From Candidatus Latescibacterota bacterium (GTDB lineage Bacteria; Latescibacterota; UBA2968): 64,000 nt of DNA. This document shows positions 18,084-28,022 of this stretch, piece after piece; the stretch's first letter is position 1; every line of letters begins with the position of its first letter. A model generated the notes under the pieces. It was not told the DNA's origin, made no database searches, and saw only the letters and a list, made by a program, of their open reading frames with translations. A program made the translations under genes and the position numbers. The stretch is from the NCBI GenBank assembly GCA_965116885.1, contig OZ220741.1, positions 5,120,001-5,184,000 of the forward strand, read 5' to 3'.

Positions 18084-20378
18084 GTGAAAAGGTTTTGTAC
18101 ATACAATTTTTTGGTCCTCATTGTACTATTGGGCGGGCGCACGGGCGCACAAGAAGGCCCGGTGATTCAGGAGATCCGCATTCGAGGCAATGATTGGGTC
18201 GAGATTTCTTTTATCGAATCTCAAAGTGGCTTATTCAAAGGACAGAATCTGGTAGAAGGCGAAGCCGCGCGGGTGATTCGCAATCTTTATAAAAGCGGTC
18301 TGTTTTCCGACATAAAAATCTCTATAGATAAGGTGTCAGAGGGTGTGGCTGTTATTATTGATTTGAAAGCCGTGCCGCGTTTGGGTGAGGTGATCTTTAA
18401 GGGCAATCGCGCAATAAAGGATAAGACACTAAAGCGCGAGTCGAAATTGACTGAAGGTCAGTTAATAAAGCATCGAGAAAAAAAGAGAGCGGTCAACAAG
18501 CTGGTCGCGCTCTATCGCAAAAAAGGCTATTTGCTCGCCTCAGTAGATGTACAAGAAGAGGCGGTTGATAAAGATGGGCGATTGCCACTGACCTTTGAAA
18601 TTCACGAGGGTGAAAAGGTCAATTTGAAAAAGATTCGTTTTCACGGCAATACGGCATTGACCGGGAAGCAACTGCGCAAACAAATGAAAGAGACCAAACA
18701 GGATGGCTGGTGGTTTGGGGGAGGCAAATACAGCGAGGAGACTTATCCCGACGACAAAGAATTGGTCTTGGCCTTTTACCGGCAAAAAGGATATCGGGAA
18801 GCGGCAATTGTATCCGATAGCTTGTCCTATGGCCCTGTGAAAAAAAATATGTACCTCGATATCACGATCGAAGAAGGGCCGCTTTATCGCTTTGGCGCAG
18901 TGAGCTGGTCGGGCAATGAGAAAATCACCGATGCCGGTTTTTCTCACTTTATTGTAGTCGATTCAGGCGCGGTCTATAACGAAGAGCGCGTCTTAAAATC
19001 GCGAGAGCAATTGCAAAATGCCTATATGGACATCGGGCATATTGGCGCGCAAGTTTTTCCACAACAAAAACCCATTGAAGGTCACGTCGTCGATGTGCAT
19101 TTTGACGTAGTCGAAAAAGATCCGTGGACAATTCGCAAAATTTTGATTACGGGCAATACCAAAACCAAAGACCGCGTGATTCGACGCGAATTGCGCGTGC
19201 GGCCAGGCGATACGTTTAGCCGCGCACTTTTGGAACGCAGCGTGCGCGAAGTCATGCAACTCAACTTTTTCACCAATGTGTTGCCCGAACCTATCGCGGT
19301 AGAAGAAACATCAGAGATTGACCTCGAGTTTACCATAGAAGAAAAGTCAACGGGTACGGCGTCTATTGGGGCGGGGTATAGCGAACGCGACAAGCTCATT
19401 GGCACCATTGGGTTGCAAATTCCCAATTTTAGAGGCAATGGACAGCAGCTTGATTTCCAGTGGGAGTTTGGATCGCGCCGCGAAACCTTTAGCATAGGGT
19501 TTACCGAACCGTGGTTCCGCAACACCCCCACGAGTATATCGGCATCGCTGTTCCGAAGCACCATACGACTGGCAACTTATGGTGTAGCGGACTTTGACCA
19601 GCGCACAGAAGGCGGTGCATTTCGCCTCGGACGCCGACTCCGCTGGCCCGATTATTCGCGCATTTCTGGAGGGTATCGCATCGAGAAGGTTGCTTTTATC
19701 AATTTTTCCGACAGTACAGATGTAAACAATCCCTTTTACCAGGACAATATAACCAGCAGCATCAGCGCGAACTTGACCCGCGACAGCCGTGATTTGCCGG
19801 TTTTTCCCACATCTGGAGGCGTAATTTCCTATTCGCCCGCATTGGCTGGCGGATTTTTGGGCGGTAATAGAGATTTTCACAAGCACGATATTGTCACGAG
19901 CTTTTACTTTCCTATATTCTGGCGATTGGCCTTAAATGTGCGGTCACAATTGGGCTTTGTCGCCAGTTATGGCACCGAGCGTGTCCCATATCAGGAATTG
20001 TATCTGCCGGGTGGCGTTGACATTTTTGAAGGCACCATGTTGCGCGGTTATCCCGACCGCTCAATTGGCCCCCGTAATATTGGAGGGGAGCCAACTGGGG
20101 GTGTCGCGCAGTTGTTGTTTAACGCAGAGATCAGTATCCCCATTGTGCCCAATCAGTTTTACGGCCTCATTTTTGCCGATGCGGGTAATGCCTGGGACAA
20201 TCTGGATCGGATCAGCCTGACAGATATGCGCCGATCGGCCGGTTTTGGCATTCGGATTGTAGCACCTGTAGTGGGTATTATGGGATTTGATTTTGCATGG
20301 GGATTTGACCGTCGGCGTGTCGATGGTCAGTCCGTACAGATGATGACGCATTTCCAATTCGGTCCGCAATTTTATTAG
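18084..20378 (+). CDS. bamA: Outer membrane protein assembly factor BamA
   Basis: POTRA repeats (GNTKTKDRVIRRE), GG...LRGY motif, Omp85 C-terminal strand ending QFY. Confidence 0.95.
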   Translation: MKRFCTYNFLVLIVLLGGRTGAQEGPVIQEIRIRGNDWVEISFIESQSGLFKGQNLVEGEAARVIRNLYKSGLFSDIKISIDKVSEGVAVIIDLKAVPRLGEVIFKGNRAIKDKTLKRESKLTEGQLIKHREKKRAVNKLVALYRKKGYLLASVDVQEEAVDKDGRLPLTFEIHEGEKVNLKKIRFHGNTALTGKQLRKQMKETKQDGWWFGGGKYSEETYPDDKELVLAFYRQKGYREAAIVSDSLSYGPVKKNMYLDITIEEGPLYRFGAVSWSGNEKITDAGFSHFIVVDSGAVYNEERVLKSREQLQNAYMDIGHIGAQVFPQQKPIEGHVVDVHFDVVEKDPWTIRKILITGNTKTKDRVIRRELRVRPGDTFSRALLERSVREVMQLNFFTNVLPEPIAVEETSEIDLEFTIEEKSTGTASIGAGYSERDKLIGTIGLQIPNFRGNGQQLDFQWEFGSRRETFSIGFTEPWFRNTPTSISASLFRSTIRLATYGVADFDQRTEGGAFRLGRRLRWPDYSRISGGYRIEKVAFINFSDSTDVNNPFYQDNITSSISANLTRDSRDLPVFPTSGGVISYSPALAGGFLGGNRDFHKHDIVTSFYFPIFWRLALNVRSQLGFVASYGTERVPYQELYLPGGVDIFEGTMLRGYPDRSIGPRNIGGEPTGGVAQLLFNAEISIPIVPNQFYGLIFADAGNAWDNLDRISLTDMRRSAGFGIRIVAPVVGIMGFDFAWGFDRRRVDGQSVQMMTHFQFGPQFY

Positions 20379-20447
20379 CGGTCAGACTCCTCCTGTACCC
20401 ATGGATGGCAAGGGAGGGCCAAAAGTTTATTCACGGAGGGAATTTTG

Positions 20448-20996
20448 ATGACACGCTGTCGCTTACTTTATGTCGCGCTATCTCTGGCACTAACTGGTAT
20501 AGCCAGTACTGCTGGCGCGGAGCTAAAGATAGGGTATATTGATTCGCAGAAAATTTTGGATCAATACAAGCCCTATCAAGATGCTTTGAGAGAATATAGC
20601 CGTTACGAAGACGAACTCCAGCGCGAGATGAGCACCATGCAAAACGATCTCGCCAAGATGCAGGACACCTACGAACGCCAATCTCTACTTTTGAGTGACA
20701 AACGCAAACAAGAAGAGCAGCAAGCTATTATAAAAAAACAGCAGGAACTGCAGCGGTTTGTGCAAGACACCACCTCTCCGCAAGGCAGTCTCGCGCGCAA
20801 GACCGCGGAATTGTCTGAACCTATTATTCAAACAGTGAATGCGGTTATCAAACAAGTGGCAGAAGACGAAGGCTTTGATTTTGTACTCAATTCGACGGCT
20901 CTGGCCTATGCGAAAGAGGCACACGATTTGACCGATAAGGTCCTCGAAGCACTTGCCAAAGATCTCGAGACCAAAGCGAAAACTGAGAGCCCATAG
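20448..20996 (+). CDS. skp: Periplasmic chaperone Skp/OmpH
   Basis: Signal peptide, KIGYIDSQKIL, coiled coil, DLTDKVL; directly follows bamA. Confidence 0.9.
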   Translation: MTRCRLLYVALSLALTGIASTAGAELKIGYIDSQKILDQYKPYQDALREYSRYEDELQREMSTMQNDLAKMQDTYERQSLLLSDKRKQEEQQAIIKKQQELQRFVQDTTSPQGSLARKTAELSEPIIQTVNAVIKQVAEDEGFDFVLNSTALAYAKEAHDLTDKVLEALAKDLETKAKTESP

Positions 20997-21026
20997 TAGA
21001 TCATCTATATATGTTGTTTTCTATTG

Positions 21027-21067
21027 AAAGTCTCTGATTTACTCCGCGGAGTGACCGGAGACTTTTT
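21027..21067 (+). terminator. Rho-independent terminator after skp
   Basis: AAAGTCTC...GAGACTTTTT stem with inner CTCC-GC-GGAG. Confidence 0.6.
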
Positions 21068-21089
21068 AATGTAAACGTTGGAGGATGCC

Positions 21090-21527
21090 GTGACTCTGGA
21101 TATTAGAGATATTGAAAAAATTCTTCCGCATCGTTATCCTTTTCTGCTCGTTGATCGCGTAACCGAGTTAGTACCTGGCGAGCGGCTGGTCGCGTACAAA
21201 AATGTGTCGGCTAATGAGCCATTTTTCCAGGGACATTTTCCCGGCAATCCCGTGATGCCGGGCGTGCTCATTATCGAAGCGCTGGCTCAGGCCGCTGCAA
21301 TTTTGATGAGTGATGGGCAGGAAAGCGATTTGATCCCATTGTTTATGGGCATTGACAAAGCGCGTTTCCGCAGACAAGTTGTGCCCGGTGATCAACTTCA
21401 GCTAAAAGTCAAAGTAGGCCAAAAACGCCGCAATGTGTGCAAAGGGATTGGCGAAGCCACAGTGGATGGCGATGTCGCTGCACAGGCAGAATTGATGGCG
21501 ATGTTTGCAAAGCGCGAAGATTTGTAG
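21090..21527 (+). CDS. fabZ: 3-hydroxyacyl-ACP dehydratase FabZ (stand-alone)
   Basis: [36 protein letters not shown] start after GGAGG. Confidence 0.95.
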   Translation: MTLDIRDIEKILPHRYPFLLVDRVTELVPGERLVAYKNVSANEPFFQGHFPGNPVMPGVLIIEALAQAAAILMSDGQESDLIPLFMGIDKARFRRQVVPGDQLQLKVKVGQKRRNVCKGIGEATVDGDVAAQAELMAMFAKREDL

Positions 21528-21546
21528 CACCCCCTATCCTCGTTCT

Positions 21547-21584
21547 AAAAAAAACTCGGCGCGAATATAAAAGCCGAGTTTTTT
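21547..21584. terminator. Bidirectional terminator between convergent fabZ and ABC-F
   Basis: A-tract CTCGGC...GCCGAG T-tract. Confidence 0.75.
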
Positions 21585-21623
21585 GTTTTATAAAGTTTTC
21601 AGCGGAAAATATCCGCATACCGC

Positions 21624-23495
21624 TCATTTTTCTTTTTCCAAAATTTCCCATTCTTCAAATAAGTGATCCATTCTATTTTGAATCTCTTCTTTTTCTTGCG
21701 CCAGTTCTTTCAGGCGATGCCAATCGGTGGCCTGGTCTTCTCGCGCCATTTCTTTAGCTATCTGATCGGCCTGGTCTTCGAGTGTTGCTATTGCTTCTTC
21801 TATTTCGGCCAAGCGGCGTTCCCGTCTTTGCTGCTGCCGCATTGCGCGCTTGCGATTTTTATAGTCGGTTTGCGTTTGAGGTGCATTCTGTACGGTCGGT
21901 ATTTCTACAACCTGCATCTGGCGCTGGTAAGCATCGTAATTGCCGTCCACCAGTTGCCACTTTCCGTCGCCAAGCACGATCAGGCGATTGACCAGACGAT
22001 TGAGAAAGTATCGGTCGTGTGAAACCGCGATTACAGTCCCCTCAAAAGTCTCAAGCGCGTTTTCCAGCACATGGCGGGAGGCGATATCCAGGTGGTTGGT
22101 GGGTTCGTCAAGCACCAGCAGATTGAGGGGTGCGCGCATGAGTTTAGCCAGGGCAACGCGACTTTGTTCTCCCCCACTGAGCGAACGCGTCTCGCGTTCC
22201 ACGTCGTCCCCAGAAAAGAGAAAAGCACCCAGAAAGTTTCTAATCTCAACCTCTGGAACATTGGGCGTAAGTGACCATATCTCTTCGAGAACGCTCAAAT
22301 TGGGATTCAGGTCCTGACGGGTTTGCGCATAATATCCAATCTCGAGACCTTTGCCCGGAATAACGCGTCCCGAGTCCGGTGCGAGTTGTTCCATAAAAAT
22401 TTTCAAAAGTACGGATTTGCCCGAACCATTGGGACCTATAATTCCAAGGCGCTCGCCCCACCACAACGTGAAGTTGAGATCGGCAAATAAAGGGCGATCA
22501 GGATAGGCTTTGGTAAGATTTTCAACCTGTAAAACGCGATCTCCCCCCCGTGTGGTGGTATTAAATTTGAGCGCGATATCGCGTTGTTGTACAACGCGTT
22601 CTACGCGATCGAGTTTTTCAAGTGCCCTGCGTCGGCTCTGCGCCTGCCTGGTCTTTTGTCCGGCGATATTCCGGCGGATATACTCTTCGGTTCTCTCAAT
22701 ATGCGCTTGCTGCGCACGATAGGCTTTTTGCTGCTGCGCACGGCGCTGTTCTTTTTCGTGGATATAAAAGGAATATGTTCCCGAATACTGTTCGACCACG
22801 CCTTGTTCCAGATCTACAATTTTGGTCACTGTGCGCTCGAGAAAAGTGCGGTCATGGGAAATAATGACAAAGGCTTTGGCATAATCCGAAAGAAAGTACT
22901 CGAGCCACTCTATAGCCTGCAGATCGAGATGATTGGTAGGTTCATCCAGAAGCAACAAATCGGGTTCTCTTGCGAGCAATTGGCCAAGGGCCAGGCGATT
23001 TTTCTGCCCGCCACTGAGCACTTGCGTTGACAATTTCAGATCGGCTTCGCAAAAACCAAGTCCGAAAAGAATGGCCTTGGCACGGGCTTCTGTCGCATAC
23101 CCTCCCATGTGCTCATACTGGTCGCGGAGATGCCCGTAATCATCGAGTACAGCATCGGAATTTTCACCCTCAGCCATGGTTTTTTCCAAATCCTGAAGGC
23201 GGTGTTGCAGAGCCAGAATATCGGCAAAAGCATCGAGTGCCGCATCCATAACTGTGCAATCTGAATCAAATGTGGGTTCCTGAGTTAGAAATCCAATATT
23301 GAGACCGCGCTGCCTGTGCAGTTGCCCTCGATCGGGCAGGCTTTCTTCGGTTATGAGCCGAAGCAACGTGGTTTTGCCACACCCGTTGGGACCGACAAGC
23401 CCGATGCGATCACCTGGATCAATTTGCCAATGAATACCAGTGAGCACATCGTACGCGCCGAAAGATTTCCAGATATCTTTGAGTTGGATAATCAC
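21624..23495 (-). CDS. ABC-F family ATPase (Uup/YdiF-like)
   Basis: Two NBDs (GPNGCGKT, GPNGSGKS; LDEPTNHLD twice), no TM, C-terminal coiled coil. Confidence 0.92.
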   Translation of the reverse strand: MIIQLKDIWKSFGAYDVLTGIHWQIDPGDRIGLVGPNGCGKTTLLRLITEESLPDRGQLHRQRGLNIGFLTQEPTFDSDCTVMDAALDAFADILALQHRLQDLEKTMAEGENSDAVLDDYGHLRDQYEHMGGYATEARAKAILFGLGFCEADLKLSTQVLSGGQKNRLALGQLLAREPDLLLLDEPTNHLDLQAIEWLEYFLSDYAKAFVIISHDRTFLERTVTKIVDLEQGVVEQYSGTYSFYIHEKEQRRAQQQKAYRAQQAHIERTEEYIRRNIAGQKTRQAQSRRRALEKLDRVERVVQQRDIALKFNTTTRGGDRVLQVENLTKAYPDRPLFADLNFTLWWGERLGIIGPNGSGKSVLLKIFMEQLAPDSGRVIPGKGLEIGYYAQTRQDLNPNLSVLEEIWSLTPNVPEVEIRNFLGAFLFSGDDVERETRSLSGGEQSRVALAKLMRAPLNLLVLDEPTNHLDIASRHVLENALETFEGTVIAVSHDRYFLNRLVNRLIVLGDGKWQLVDGNYDAYQRQMQVVEIPTVQNAPQTQTDYKNRKRAMRQQQRRERRLAEIEEAIATLEDQADQIAKEMAREDQATDWHRLKELAQEKEEIQNRMDHLFEEWEILEKEK

Positions 23496-24310
23496 CTTTT
23501 ACTGCCTCTTGCGCCATTAAGCATCTGACGCAGATCTTCCGCAGATTGTCGAGCGGCGTCTGCAAAATCGGTACCACTGGAAGCGTAGAGGATGCTGCGC
23601 GACGAGTTGACGAGAATACCGCTGCCTTTTCCGTTCAGACCATTTTGGACAATTGCATTAGTCTGACCACCTTGCATTCCCACGCCGGGTAAAAGGATGG
23701 GGAGGTCAGTGGCAATCGCGCGAATAATTTTTAAGTCGTTGGGATGTGTTGCACCCACAACGAGACCGCAAGGTCCTTTTTCCGACCATTTCACAGCTTT
23801 TTGCGCGAGCACCTCATACAACACGCCCTGGTCTGTGTTGAGGCGCAAAATATCAGCCGACCCGGGATTGGATGTGAGGCACAAAAGGAAAGCACAACCG
23901 TTTTGATAAGCCAAAAAGGGGGCAATAGCATCTGTTCCCATCAGAGGGTTGACAGTCACTGCGTCAACGCCGAGTTGGCAGTATGCCATGTATGCATAGT
24001 GTTCTGCTGTATTGCCAATGTCGCCAGCTTTGAAATCGAGTATAATTGGCATATCGTTGGGAATAGCATGGATCGCGCCTTGAAGTGCCTCCCAACCCGC
24101 TATACCCTGCGCACCAAAAAATGCAAAATTGGGTTTATACACACAGGCAATATCTCTCGTAGCGGCTATAATTTCCTTGAGAAAAGCAAGTGTGGGATTG
24201 GATTTTCCTTTGAGGTGTTCGGGCAGTTTTGCTGGATCGGGATCGAGCCCCACGCACACAAAACTATCGTTGCGTTGTACTGTATCGCTGTATTTTTCTA
24301 AAAAAGACAT
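23492..24310 (-). CDS. pyrF: Orotidine-5'-phosphate decarboxylase (type 2)
   Basis: CVGLDP, YKPNFAFF, ILDFKAGDIGNT, TSNPGS, GLVVGAT, NSSRSILYAS. Confidence 0.95.
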   Translation of the reverse strand: MSFLEKYSDTVQRNDSFVCVGLDPDPAKLPEHLKGKSNPTLAFLKEIIAATRDIACVYKPNFAFFGAQGIAGWEALQGAIHAIPNDMPIILDFKAGDIGNTAEHYAYMAYCQLGVDAVTVNPLMGTDAIAPFLAYQNGCAFLLCLTSNPGSADILRLNTDQGVLYEVLAQKAVKWSEKGPCGLVVGATHPNDLKIIRAIATDLPILLPGVGMQGGQTNAIVQNGLNGKGSGILVNSSRSILYASSGTDFADAARQSAEDLRQMLNGARGSKR

Positions 24311-24394
24311 TCAATCTCTCCATTAAGCAAATGGCGGACCCCTCGTGGGAATCCGCCGTTACTGAATAACACCGCTCCAGCACATGCTTTGAAA

Positions 24395-24762
24395 CAAGCG
24401 GGCCTGTAAGCCGAGTTCTGTCGTTTGGTATCCCAAACGGATGGTCATTTATCTGGGACGCCGGTTACCCGACGCCTCTTGCGGCCTACCCGAGCGTAAT
24501 AGCGAGACGGGCTATCTCTTCGCTCCTATTCGGCCTTGCTCCAAATGGGGTTTACCGTGCCGCGCTCGTCGCCGAGTCGCGCGGTGGGCTCTTACCCCAC
24601 CGTTTCACCCTTGCCCGCAGCGCGAATCATCACGCCCGCTGGCGGTCTGTTCTCTGTGGCACTTTCCATCGGGTCGCCCCGCCTGGGTGTTACCCAGCAT
24701 TTTGCCCTGTGGAGCTCGGACTTTCCTCATCCCGAAAGGGACGCGACCACCCAGCCCACTTG
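24395..24762 (-). ncRNA. rnpB: RNase P RNA (type A)
   Basis: Minus strand has GAGGAAAGTCC, GGAAAGTGCCACAGA, GGGTGAAACGGTGGGGTAAGAGCCCACC, GGTAAACCCC, ACAGAACTCGGCTTA; ends pair as P1. Confidence 0.96.
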
Positions 24763-24770
24763 TAATATTT

Positions 24771-25193
24771 TTATTTTTTAGACGTATCGGCACTGTCTTT
24801 TGTTGCAATGCCCTGATTTGCCAATCGGTCAGCTTCTCTATTTTGCTCTCGGCGCACATGTTTGATCTGAAAGCCATCAAAAATCCTACTCTGCATCCGG
24901 GCGGTTTGATAAAGCGGCAAAAGCCCACCGCTTTTGACTTTGTACGTCCCATTCATCTGGCGAACCACGAGTTCGCTGTCGGAAAAAACTATCACCCGAT
25001 TGGCTTTGAACTGTGCCGCTATTTCGAGCCCCTTGATCAGCGCGCGATACTCTGCGACATTATTGGTCGTACAACCAATATATTCACAGTGTTCTGTGAG
25101 CAACTCTCCACCTGCTTCAATGCGAATGCCAATACCAGCATGCCCGGGATTGCCCCTGGATGCCCCATCAATAAATAGAGTCAATTCGGTCAA
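24771..25193 (-). CDS. rnhA: Ribonuclease HI (archaeal-like/RNase_HI_like family)
   Basis: DGASRGNPG, TNNVAEY, DSELVVRQMNG, HVRREQNREADRLAN. Confidence 0.9.
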   Translation of the reverse strand: MTELTLFIDGASRGNPGHAGIGIRIEAGGELLTEHCEYIGCTTNNVAEYRALIKGLEIAAQFKANRVIVFSDSELVVRQMNGTYKVKSGGLLPLYQTARMQSRIFDGFQIKHVRREQNREADRLANQGIATKDSADTSKK

Positions 25194-25912
25194 ACCGCAG
25201 CCTCTTCGTCACTCCACACCAGAAGGCGACCACAACTTTCGCAGCGCATGATGCTATCGGCGCGTCTGACTTCCACCAGGCGTTGAGGGGATAATTGGCG
25301 GTAACAGCCGCCACAGGACCCTTTGCGAATGGGTACAATAGCAATACCGCCTTTGACAACTTTGCGAATGCTATTGTATATGCTTAAAGGGCGGCGTTCC
25401 ACACCGGGTTCGATGGCTGACCGCTTCTTTTGCCAGGCACCCACATCTTTTTCTACAGAATTGAGTTTGACCGTTAATTCGTCAATGCGTTTTTGCCGGT
25501 CTTCTTCAATCTCCCGGTAGTAATTTTCGTCTTCGCGGAGTTTTTCCACAATTTTTTCAACCGTATCGATACTTTCCAAAATGGCGGTTTCGTGTTGGTC
25601 CTTGCGGTCGTTGAGGGTCGCGATTTCGATTTGTAAGGCATCGTATTCTTTGTTCGTTTTTACTTCGTAGAGACGGTCTTGATGTTTTTTCAGGTCTTCT
25701 TCTATTGCGCCGAGTTCTCTTTCGAGTGCCCGGCGATCTTTTTCCAGTTCTTCACTGCGCTGCTGTTGGGCATCGAGTTGATCGCGTGCATCTTGCAGTT
25801 CACCTTTGAGACTGTTGATTTCTTTGGGATAATCGGTTTGAGATTGGTGCAACGCATTGATTTCTTTGTCGATTTCTTGTAGTTTCAGCAAATTAACCAA
25901 ACTCTCTCTCAT
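25190..25912 (-). CDS. Coiled-coil C4 zinc-ribbon protein (DUF164, HP0958/CT398-like)
   Basis: LLKLQEID start, long coiled coil, VKTNKEYDAL, CGGC...CESCGRLL. Confidence 0.88.
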   Translation of the reverse strand: MRESLVNLLKLQEIDKEINALHQSQTDYPKEINSLKGELQDARDQLDAQQQRSEELEKDRRALERELGAIEEDLKKHQDRLYEVKTNKEYDALQIEIATLNDRKDQHETAILESIDTVEKIVEKLREDENYYREIEEDRQKRIDELTVKLNSVEKDVGAWQKKRSAIEPGVERRPLSIYNSIRKVVKGGIAIVPIRKGSCGGCYRQLSPQRLVEVRRADSIMRCESCGRLLVWSDEEAAV

Positions 25913-26022
25913 GCGCGGGTCTCCTTGTGAAGCGTAAAAAGAAAAGGTGCTACCCTGAGCAGGTGCACCTTTCTATGGCCGTCTTTGCTACAACTTGAAC
26001 CTCTTGATCAGAGGCATTGTAA

Positions 26023-26099
26023 TGGTGGGCGATACTGGATTTGAACCAGTGACCTCCGGTATGTGAAACCGGCACTCTAACCAACTGAGCTAATCGCCC
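26023..26099 (-). tRNA. tRNA-Val(CAC)
   Basis: GGGCGATTAGCTCAGTTGGTTAGAGTG-CCGGT-TTCACAT-ACCGG-AGGTCACTGGTTCAAATCCAGTATCGCCC-ACCA; encoded CCA. Confidence 0.97.
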
Positions 26100-26251
26100 A
26101 ATTTCGCAATAATACCGCACAGAACGACCGACCTATTTTTTAAAAATTAAGAGCAGGACAGAAAATTTTACAACGCATTTTAATTAACAAAAGATAGTTT
26201 GGGATGTCAAGCCCGATTCCTGAAATCAGGCTCTGGCTACCCCCTCCACAT

Positions 26252-27022
26252 TTACGCATTTTCTTTCAACTGCACAGTATCGGGCCGCCGACCTATTGAC
26301 GGTGGCGCCATTAAGCGAACCTGTTGTGCCGTCAAATTTTCATAATCATCGACATTGTAATACGTATTTGCCCACGATGAATGTCCGGGGCTGTATTTAT
26401 ACAGAAATGCGCGTCGCTCGTGATCGGCTGTCCACGGCATCGTTCCGTGTACCAGCGCCTCTGTAAAAATCAACGCATCTCCCGCGTTCACTTCGGGCTG
26501 TACCACATAGTGAGGTACCCGTTCATACTCCCGCACATCCTGTGGAATGCTATTTAAAAAATTGGTCTTGTGCGTGCCGGGAATACAACAAAACCCACCA
26601 TCGCCTTTGCGTGCAGGCATCGTAAAAAAGGTTACCACCGTCAACCCGGTTCGAATAACACCATCGCGGTATTTGTACCAATGATCGCCCTCGCGCCCAT
26701 TATCGCCCCCGTGCAATCGCCCCCGCCGCCCACCTTTTTGCATAAAAATGCTGTAATCGTGATCAATGCGCACCTTTGACCCCAAAAATGTCAGCAGATA
26801 AGGCATAATCTTCGGGTGATCCAGCAACTTTTGAAAAGGCAACCCCCACGTTGAAGGCCGCCCCACATTGCGATATCCACCATTGCCATCTACCGCCTTC
26901 ATCTTCTCATCGGCAATTGCATTGAGCTCATCAACTTCCCGCTCTGAAAGCACATTCTCAATGACAATATAGCCATCTAAATCAAATACGAACTTATCTT
27001 CAATATCCACCGATAACGGCAT
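26252..27022 (-). CDS. Phytanoyl-CoA dioxygenase (PhyH) family protein
   Basis: FDLDGYIVIENVLS, LLDHP, LHGG, GGFCCIPGTHK, GDALIFTEALVHG. Confidence 0.85.
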   Translation of the reverse strand: MPLSVDIEDKFVFDLDGYIVIENVLSEREVDELNAIADEKMKAVDGNGGYRNVGRPSTWGLPFQKLLDHPKIMPYLLTFLGSKVRIDHDYSIFMQKGGRRGRLHGGDNGREGDHWYKYRDGVIRTGLTVVTFFTMPARKGDGGFCCIPGTHKTNFLNSIPQDVREYERVPHYVVQPEVNAGDALIFTEALVHGTMPWTADHERRAFLYKYSPGHSSWANTYYNVDDYENLTAQQVRLMAPPSIGRRPDTVQLKENA

Positions 27023-27229
27023 GCTTCACTCCTTTAGATATGGACACAAAACAATCGAATTTTGAAAAAGATAATAGTCTCAATAACCCTCGTCAATGAA
27101 GTTCCTTTAAGTGAGGTTCCAGGATACAGAATGCTTTGTTCCTTGCCTATGTCGATAAACTGAAGTATTTTTTAGGAAAAGACCCAAAAAACCGGAGCGC
27201 AATCAAGATTGTTATTGAGGAATAACAAA

Positions 27230-27520
27230 ATGAAACAAACTACACTTAAAATGCAGTTTCACCTTCCGATAGAAAACATCTCTAAAAAACATCAAACGGA
27301 AGCGACAAAAAAGGCAAAAGTTGCCTTCGTACTTGAACTTCTCCGACAAGGGGACATCAGTGCGGGAAAAGCGGCAGAACTTCTCAACGTTTCCCGATGG
27401 AAACTTTCAGAGTTAATGGCTGATGCGGGAATTTCCGCCTTTGATGAAAGCCAGACAGCAGAAACCTTACAAGCAGAAGTTGATAACGCACTGAAAGATT
27501 TCGAAAATTCCACACCATGA
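27230..27520 (+). CDS. UPF0175-family protein (putative antitoxin, HTH)
   Basis: ELLRQGDISAGKAAELLNVSR motif; overlaps downstream PIN gene. Confidence 0.8.
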   Translation: MKQTTLKMQFHLPIENISKKHQTEATKKAKVAFVLELLRQGDISAGKAAELLNVSRWKLSELMADAGISAFDESQTAETLQAEVDNALKDFENSTP

Positions 27521-28005
27521 AAGTTGTTACAAATAGTACGCCGTTAATTGAACTTTCAAAAATCCGCCAATTGGAACTCCTTCGGGATGTATATGGCTCA
27601 ATCATCATTCCAGAAGAAGTGTACACCGAAGTGGTCATTGATGGTGCTGGTGAATCGGGAGCTGCAGAAGTGGCAGCGGCACAGTGGATTTCGCGCCAGG
27701 CGGTAACAGATAAAAATCAAGTCCTGATACTTCACAACAGCACGCCACTCGGTTTGGGGGAATGTGGAACTATTGTGCTTGCTGAAGAAATTGATGCACA
27801 ACGCGTAATAATTGATGACCGCACCGCACGACGGGTAGCAATGACACGGGGCCTACCCATTATCGGTATAGTCGGTGTTCTCCTTGTTGCCAAAACCCGC
27901 CACATCATTCCCGATGTCAAACCCATACTCGATAATCTTCGGGACCATGGTACGCGAATTAGCCAAAGACTCTATCACCAAACACTCACAACCGCAGGAG
28001 AATAA
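27517..28005 (+). CDS. DUF3368 PIN-domain protein (putative toxin)
   Basis: VVTNSTPLIEL, IPEEVYTEV, LGLGECGTIVLA, IIDDRTARR, GIVGVLL. Confidence 0.85.
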   Translation: MKVVTNSTPLIELSKIRQLELLRDVYGSIIIPEEVYTEVVIDGAGESGAAEVAAAQWISRQAVTDKNQVLILHNSTPLGLGECGTIVLAEEIDAQRVIIDDRTARRVAMTRGLPIIGIVGVLLVAKTRHIIPDVKPILDNLRDHGTRISQRLYHQTLTTAGE

Positions 28006-28022
28006 AAACAAAAGGAGCATTG

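Noticed and set aside
24441..25178. 245-aa plus-strand ORF and other ORFs over this region
   Set aside because: They lie antisense to or within rnpB and rnhA; shadow ORFs.
26023..26250. tRNA-Val as an integration site for an island or prophage
   Set aside because: No integrase and no duplicated tRNA 3' end seen; its 3' side faces core genes.
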